Positions 51,995 through 60,900 of a DNA stretch of 64,000 nt are shown piece after piece (positions within the stretch are counted from its first letter, which is position 1; each line of letters opens with the position of its first letter). The DNA is from Raja brachyura. Taxonomy: Eukaryota. A model generated the notes under the pieces. The model saw only the letters and a program-made list of their open reading frames with translations, did no database searches and was not told the origin of the DNA. Position numbers and translations under genes: made by a program. Location of the stretch: contig OY740814.1 of assembly GCA_963514005.1 (NCBI GenBank), forward strand, positions 14,198,001-14,262,000, written 5' to 3'.

Positions 51995-54900
51995 CAAGTA
52001 GGGGAGCACTGTCTAAAGAATTCCCATGGTGCAAAGTCAAGGTGATGCAGACACACACCACGATGAACAGGAAGGTTGGCATTTTAATTAAGACAGCTAA
52101 AGCACAGTGTACGTTGGGTCCTTTAAAAGAGGGGGGAGAAGGAGTGGAGACAACTTTTAAGAAGCCAGAGATCATGGCTGTGATGTTCGGCGGACATTTA
52201 AAATTACCAGTCAGTTCCCTGGTTCTGAAAACTACTGCTTACCTTTTCCCCCCCCCCCCCCAATGAGCCAATGAAATTCACCGGTCAGCACTGGCTCCAA
52301 CCTACGACAACCTCCGAGAACCTTTGTCCTCCTGGCAACCCACTAGGACCTCCTTGCGACCCACCTACGGCTTGAGAATTCTTGTTAATCTCCATGGCGA
52401 CTTCATTCTAGTCGCCGCTAATTTTTCAACATGTTGAAAAATTCTCTGCGACCATAATGACGTCACAACTAGTTCCCAAAATGTGGGAACTCCTCACGAC
52501 CATGAAGGCGACTCCCCGGCAACCACCCGCAAACATGTGGAGACCATGTGGCGACCGCAAAGTCTCTTGCACTCGCCTCAAAAGTCGCCTAAGTGGTGAC
52601 AGGCCCATTAGAATAAAGGACTTTGAAATAGAAATGCATCTCAAATTTTCACGGGCACTTAAATAAAAACCAAGCCAACACTACACTATATTTCACAGAG
52701 GAAAAGTAAGAAAGTAATGTTAAATAGTAAGATTAAATGAGAACTTACCAGTTTGAAGTTTGATCTTTATTTTATGAGGAGTTACAATGAGGGATTACGT
52801 GAAGACCCCGCCAGCACGCATGCGTGACATTCTTCAAAGCAGAGGTGTGAAATCACAGATACCAGAGTAGACTAATATAGTAAGATAAGAGAGAACTTTC
52901 ATACCAGTTGAACTTTATAATAGAGGGTTTTGGGAGCGGAGGGCACGTAATCCTTCATCGTAACTTCTCATAAAATAAAGATCAAACTTCAAACTGGTAA
53001 GTTCTCATTTAATCTTACTATTTTACTTCGGAGTCACGTGAGTGACTACGTGAAGATTTCAAAGCTCTGTGGTTTCATGCCCTGGAACGAGTCCATGCTC
53101 ACACACAGCCATGCTAGGAAAGGAGGATGAACGTATTTCAGACATGACACTGTGCTGAAAAATAAAGAAGGTATTTATTCATACCTAACATAATATACCC
53201 CACATTGGGTATTTATTTTACAGAACTTAAAATTTTCCCTGTCAGGAGCGGCCACGGGTTTATTATAAAAGCGTTGAAAAGTTTGTTCATTGCTCCAACC
53301 CGCTGTGGCAAGGATGTGGTCCATAGGTACTTCCATCATCCTAGCCGCCTATGTAGATGCAGCCCTGGTGGAGTGAGATTTGAAAACATTAGTATCCACC
53401 CCCGCTGCACCTAATACCACCCTTAGCCATCTGGATATGGTTTGCACTGTGACCTTATGGTGAGGCCGTTTATGGCTTATGAGTAAAGCTCTCTCCGTGC
53501 CCCTAAGAGTCTTAGTGACTTCTATATATTGTAAAATATGTGTCACAATGCAGAGTCGACTATCTGCAGGATAGGCCAGAAACTCTAATTTGTGGCCAGA
53601 GGAACCTGGTCGGTCTTGTTTAAGTAACCCCTGTATTAAAAAGGTTATCTTGCAATTTGTGATATACATGCTTAGCTTGTGTAAGGACTGGACCCGTTGT
53701 GCTGATACAAGTGCCATAATCATTACCATCTTGTATGTTAGTTTGTCCAGAGTGAGCCCCGAAATGGGTGTCCATCCTCGTAACATAGTTACTACTATGC
53801 CTATATCCCATGTATGGGTGTATCTGGGCCTGGGGGGGGGGGGATTAGAGTTAAATATACCCCTCATTAGTTTAGATACTAGTGGGTGTGATCCTATAGC
53901 CAGGTGATCACTCCCTCTGCCCAGATAATTAGATAGGGCACTCCTTGAACAATTAATGGCACTGTAACTCAATCCTTCAACGAAATGAAGGGTGGCCAGA
54001 AACTCCAGCACTTCAGTGATGGTGGCTGAGTCATATGTAGTGTTCGTCCTGGTGCAGAACACTTCCCATTTTCTGGCATATGTCAGGTACTGTCTTCTGG
54101 TGGACTTCCTGCACGACGCTGAGATGGCATTGATCGTCCTGTCAGAGAGTCCGTATCCCAGAAATGGCCTGTTCAGAATCTGCAAATTAACAAGTTCATG
54201 CGGTCATGGCACGGATGACTACCCCCTGTAACGGGATGTACCAACAAACTTGGCCGTTTGTTTATCCGGATGCAGGGTTCTGAGGCCATCTTCTGTACTG
54301 CTGGGAACTATGGTTGGGTAGGGCAGTTGGGAACAACCAAAATACCCGTTGCGGAGTCTTGTTTAATTTTTTGTAAGACCCGACTGATGAGGCAGAAGGG
54401 AGGAAATGCATAGCAAAACAAATCCCCCCAATGCAGCGAGAAAGCGTCCATCGCTGCTGTCCCTGGGTCTGGTTCCCAAGCAACATATGTTGGTAGTTGG
54501 TGATTTAGTCTGGATGCAAAAAGGTCGATATCTGGTGTCCCATACCGTTCTATGATATCTGTAAACACTTTCCGATCCAACATCCATTCAATGTTGTCGT
54601 TGAATTTCCGTGACCTGGTGTCTGCCACTGTATTTAGCTTACCCGGAAGGTAAGTGGCTGAGATCCAAATCTCTGTTTCGAGACACCAGTGCCAGATATT
54701 ATTAGCCAATTCATCATATGATATCGACTTTATTCCACCCATATGATTAATATAGGCCACCACTGTGGTATTGTCAATTTGTAACCGTACATGCAACTGG
54801 TGCATATCTGAGCAGTAGGCCCTGAGTCCATGAAATGCTCCCAGCATCTCTAGATAATTAATCCCTAGTGCTTTAAACAGGGTTAATTCTTGTGCACTCC

Positions 54901-57900
54901 ATCTGCCACCACAACTTGTGGTGGTATTTGTTGCTCCCCAACCTTTAGCACTGGCATCAGTCTGTAATGGAACTGAGGGATTCATAATAGTGATAGGGTT
55001 AGAACAATGCTGAGCATTTTCTATCCACCAGTTTAATTCTGATTTTGCTTTCCCTGGTAGTTTCATAGGCCTATCAAAATGGCCTGCATGATTTTTGAGA
55101 GCTAAAATGTTTGCTCTTTGAAGGTTTTGATAATGGAGTGGTCCAAATTGTGCTGCTGGGAACGCAGCCACTAATTTCCCAATCACTCTGGCTACTTGCC
55201 GAATGGATGGTTCCCTGATGCCAGTGAGGCTTCTGCATGCTTCTATCAAGTCTGTCACTTTGTTTGGTGGCAAGGTGATAGACAATCGAACAGAGTGAAC
55301 CCCAAATAATCCATGGTAGTGGAGGGTTCCAAATTTGATTTATCTGGATGTATGATAAATCCCAGCTTTTGAAAAATATGTTTTGTGGCTGATACTGCCA
55401 ATGTAGCCATCTCCAAATTCTCACCTACAATGAGAATATCATTAAGGTAAGCCATGATGATATGGTTATGTTTCCTTAAGTAAGCTAAAGCTGGTTTTAA
55501 TAATTTTGTGAACAGCCTGGGTGCTGATGACAACCCATTGGGTAAGGCCTTATACTGCCATAGCTGTCCCATCCAGACAAATTTCAGGTATTTATGATGA
55601 TCCTTGTGTATTGGTACTGAATAGTATGCATCTTTAAGATTGATGCCAGCCATGTAGTACCTATCAGAAATTAGCTGTTTGGCTGTGACAAACATGTCCA
55701 TTTTGAAATGGGCATACTGAACGGAAGTATTTAGTTCAGTCAAATCTATAATGATACGGCTGCGTTGCTGCGTTGTGGGGTTGGCGCATTTTCCAAGAAG
55801 GCCGGGCTGGGCCATGGTCTAAAAAAGACCGCTGTGCAGGTGGGCCGGCCTTCGAGCTTTCACCACCAGATGTTCTTCCATTGTTCCGTTGTCTGGTGGA
55901 TGTGTAGGGGTGCTGCCGCTGCTGATAGTGGGTTTTTGAGGTGTTTGGCACCTTGATCAGGCCTATAGCCTTGGCCTCCTCATCCAGGTCTTTCACCTGC
56001 TTCGGGAGGTTGTCCCCAAACAGCAGATTTGGCGGCTGAGTGCTACTGGTCCTGCATAATCCCGCAAATTTGGGATTAAGTGCAGGCTTGATGATGCTCT
56101 TTCTGTAACTGTTAATCTCGAACTGAGTATTACACAGTAATGCTAGAGCATCTTGTAGCTCTTCAGGCAAATCAACCCCATCAGCTGTCCTTGTTACTGC
56201 TGTGATTGCAGCAGCCAGCAGTTTAAGGATCCTCTGGAGCTTCACCTCCTGGCTCTTTATAGATGGGCTCATGTTGCCCCAGATGGGGTTGTTGACTGCT
56301 GGTACTTTGAGAGAAATGCAGTTCTCTGGAGCGAGGTATTTTTCAGCCGTAGTGTTAATGGCTTGCTCCTGCAGCTGGTTTGTAGCCATGTAATTTATAC
56401 TGGCTGCCAGCTTGGGATGTATCGGCAGTCCTTTCTGTGTTGGTACAGCATGTTTGTCTACCATGCCCAACAATTCTTCTGGCACCCCTAACACAGTCGA
56501 CTGTTCAGCCATTGCCCCATCTTCAGGGTCAGCCCAGCTCTGACCCCTAATGCTCCCCTGCGAAGAGGGTGAGACATTTGGCAGTCCTTGAAAGGATCTG
56601 CGAGGAGACCCACCGTGACTCTGCCCCTGTCTAAGCAGGTCATGCTGGAGCAACTGCTCCACCAACCACTCCATGCGGGAAAGACTCCCACCGTCGCTAT
56701 CTGCGAACGGGGTGTCTTCAGGTCCGCACCCAGTCGAGTCAACGGTCCTGTCCGACTTCTGGGTGGTTTTGCCGCCCGACCACGGCGCACCTGCGGTCTG
56801 AATCGGCGAGAAGTCGGGAGCTGCTGGCTGCACCTGCAGCTCTGGAGAGACGGCATGCTGCTGGCTGCTTTCCACAGCAGCGGTTTTTGCCGCTGCTCTC
56901 CCTAGATTTACGCGACTCCATGGTGCTTCCTTCGTGTCTGTAAAACAAAGTACACCCAGTCGCCACGCTCACCAGAGTGGTAAGACTTACCTTCAGTAAT
57001 ATTTTTAACTTACGCTGGAGGAGCGGCGCTCCTCCCGACTGTCGCTTCCGCAATGCGTTCGACGGTATGTCGCGCACGCGTGCTGGCGGGGTCTTCACGT
57101 AGTCACTCACGTGACTCCGAAGTAAAATCTGTATTGTACCCTGGTTATATCATACGGTGCACTGTATACAATGATGTTGGCTGCATTATAATGAGTTATA
57201 GAGTATATAACATCACTTTCTCTGTCGCCACCAGAATTGTGGCAAGCACAGCAGCTAAATTCATTATGGTCATTATGGCCAGCAGCAGCTTGGACTGTGT
57301 AAATAGCACCAAACCTGGCAACACTTGCATATAGACTCCGTGAGCTGTTTCTGTGTACTCTGTACTTAATTGGGGCGTCCTTATGGAAAGCAATAATCTT
57401 ACTGATCTGCATGCAAACATAAATCTCACAGTACCTGGTACATGTGATAATAAAAAAGAAAATAAAGTGAATCTATCTTATTTTGACTGAAAATGAGTTA
57501 TAGACTTGTGAGATTGTAGAGTACAAGGGTGATACCAGAAATGTAAGGGGACGTTTGAAAAAGAGCTCCGATTCCCTTGGGAAATGAAGACCTAATACAT
57601 GTCGTTAAAATGATGAATTCTTGATGTGGATTGGGAGAGGATGTTGCCACAAAGGGAAGAATGTAACCACCTCCCCAAGAAATCCGCCAGGAAATTCTGT
57701 TGAAACTTCTTTGCCCAAAAGCTGAAAAGTGGTTAAAATGTAAATCAATTAGTAATGGAAAGCTAGAGAAGCCCACATGGAATGCAGGCACCGGGAGACA
57801 GATGTGGATGTGGAAAGACACGAGGAGCAGGAGTAAAGCATAAATGGTGGGGCTGAACAACCTGTGTCTGCACTTTATATATTTTCTACTGAGCTGAGTT

Positions 57901-60900
57901 CTACTGAGACTTTTGCAATATTACTGCTTATGTAGTAATAACAAATATGCCTGATTCATATTCCGCAGGGTCAATCACAAAATGCTCTTGTCAGCTAAAT
58001 AGATATGACAGTTTTTTAATTTTAGAAGTGATTTTGTAAAGCAGCACATTACAATTGCTAACGTTTTTTTTTTATTGCTGATTATATAGAATTATACTTG
58101 CATATCAATTCTTCACAAACCTTTACTCCCAATTATGTCCTTATCATGGTTTATGATGTGAATGGCAAAAGATCTCGACTGCATCAGTCAAAATAAGATA
58201 GATTCACTTTATTTTCTTTTCTATTATCACATGTACCAGGTACTGTGAGATTTATGTTTGCATGCAAACCAGTAAGATTATTGCTTTCCATAAGGACGCC
58301 CCAATTAAGTACAGAGTACACAGAAACAGCTCACGGAGTCTATATGCAAGTGTTGCCAGGTTTGGTGCTATTTACACAGTCCAAGCTGCTGCTGGCCATA
58401 ATGACCATAATGAATTTAGCTGCTGTGCTTGCCACAATTCTGGTGGCGACAGAGAAAGTGATGTTGCTCGCTCAACACATCTGGGGAACACCCAGATTGG
58501 GTGATGATCTTTGTAGACCGAGGTCCTGTTCGTCACAGACACTCAACACCAAAGTTCATGTGGAAATATTCAGGACCCATTTTGATTTTCATTCTTTGTT
58601 CTTTGTAACTTATTGGTGACTTTAAATATTTAACATATTTCACGGTAATCCAGGCACGGCAGATTTTAAAGCAGTCAGCTTTTCCTGGCCTCCATCTGCT
58701 CTCTGGCCTTCAGCGTCACCTGCAAGCCTCTCCACTGCCTCTCCCAGCAGTTCCATCCTTCTGGTCGCAGTCTGATCGCGATTCTCAAGCATAAACTTTG
58801 TCCTCTTAAAATTTGGGAATGTAGAGAAGATTTTAGTAAACTCCCCGATTCTTGTGTTACTAATCAGTGACCTATTATTGGGACCTTGCCCATTTTCATG
58901 TTGACCAGTTCTTTATTCACTCCCATTCTCAGGGTTTCTTTTTTGGCTCCACTGACTGTATACATCTTGTCTCACTTGATACACTCACTGACTTTTGCTG
59001 CTCAAAACTGATAAACAGGTAAATTACTAAACATGTGTTAAAGAAGGAACTGCAGATGCTGGAGAATCGAGGGTTACACAAAAAGCTGGAGAAACTCAGC
59101 GGGTGCAGCAGCATCTGAGGAGCGAAGGAGATAGGCGACGTTTCGGGTCGAGACCCTTCTTCAGACCACTTCTTCAGTAATTGTTCAATTACTAAACAAC
59201 TGTGTACCCTGCTGCTCATTGGGTTAGATTCTGTTGTCAGGGTTCAACTTTAACCTTGTGTTCCTTCTACACGATTGAAATGTACTTATCTGATTTACAA
59301 CCAAAGATGCTACACATATGTATCTTAAGTACACATGCACCAATGATTGAAAGTTGTACAACAGGCCAGGAAGGAGATGTTTAACTTAAACAATCTATTG
59401 TTTATCTCTCGCCATGTAATAGTGGTGCACAAATGTCCGTATGTATTACTGCTTTCTGGGAGTTCTTTGCTCAGGGATTTTAGTGCGCGGAAGGGGAAGC
59501 CAAGCTGAACCAGTTTGCTGATTCACTTTTCCCTGAGAAGATGGGGAGAGACTTACAGATGAAAAAGGGAACTGATTTCTTCATTTTTTAATTTGAGTTC
59601 TGTATTTTCACCATCTTAGAGGTTATCAATGAACAGCAGTTCAAATAAACCAGCCTCTTAATTATGATGGCTGCAAGAGCAGATCAGAGTAACGCACCCT
59701 ATCCCACCAGTCCTGAGGCACGTCCAGAGTGCAATGGGATGCTCTCCACTTACAACGGAGAGGCTAGATAGGCTGGGTTTGCTTTCCTAGGAGTTGAGAA
59801 AGGAATCTGGTTCATTGGACAACACTAGTGAGGAATAGAAAATTATAGGAGTGTAGATAGTAAATTCCTTTCTTAAATCAAACCCTAGGTTGAGAGGTAG
59901 GATGCTTAGTGGGGATCTCAGGGGGGAATATTTTTCACCCAGAAGTTGATTGGAGGTGATTGAGACAGAGACTCCAATGTTTAAAAAGCATCTCTAGACA
60001 AGCATTTGAATCACCAAGGCTAAGGGACAAAGCAGGTAAATGGGGCAAATATAGATAATACAATGATGGGCATGGCCAGGTGGTCCTGAGGGCATGTTTC
60101 TGTGCTGCATGGCTCTATGACTACCTGGTTCAGTCCAGTGCCAACAACTTTCAAAAGCTTCATTGTGATAGATTGTTGCAGCCCATCCACCAACCTAAAC
60201 CTAAACGTTCACCCCTCCAACATCAGTGCCCAGTGACTGGGGTGCGCACTGTGTATAAATTGCCCTGCGGTTACTCACCAAGGCTATCTGGACAGTACTT
60301 GCCAAACCTGCCACCTCTGCCCCCAAGGAGGACAAGCGCAGTAGATGCAGGGACTCACCACCATCTGCAGATTCCCCTCCAAGGTGTTCACCATCCGAAC
60401 TTAGTAATACATCGCTGTCCCTTCATTGTCACTGTGTCTAAATCCTGGAACTAATTCCCTCCAAACAGTTCTGAAGGAACGCCTTCAGCAAAAGGGTTCC
60501 AGCAGTTCAAAAAGGCCATTCATTGAGGCATGGGCACAGAATGCAATCAGCCCACTGAAGGAACTCACCAGGACAGACAGCATCGGAGGAAACTAAAACA
60601 GAGTTAAGGTTTCAGGTCGAAGATTTGTTTTGTGTTTCCAGTGCTATTGCTAAACAACTGTTATTATTCCAGTGTCTTTTTTTGGCAATAAATCCTAGCA
60701 AAATAACAAACTGCTTGAGGAACTCAGCAGGTCAAGCAGCGTCTGAGGAGGCAAGATGGTGGTCGATGTATTGGATTGTGACCCTGCATCAGTAAATACT
60801 AGCCTTCTCAGTGAAGTTCAGTTACTGTACCTGTGCGTCATTGGTTAAAAGATATTCTGAATGTTTAAGATTTGGGTCATAGAGTTGCACAACACAGAAA

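Larger units (their letters stand above)
52722..57128 (-). mobile_element. DIRS1-type tyrosine-recombinase retrotransposon (defective) in AP3S2 intron 4
   Basis: Contains gag, RT, RNase H plus Dam-like methyltransferase, and tyrosine recombinase ORFs. Inverted termini at 52796-52830 / 57067-57101. The internal complementary region 52944-53056 is complementary to both ends (52722-52802 and 57092-57127). Confidence 0.95.

Noticed and set aside
54308-54560. Dam methyltransferase-like motif as possible bacterial or phage horizontal transfer
   Set aside because: It is the standard C-terminal domain of DIRS1 pol.
57107-58619. Paired near-identical ORFs on opposite strands
   Set aside because: A consequence of the inverted duplication; no recognisable protein.
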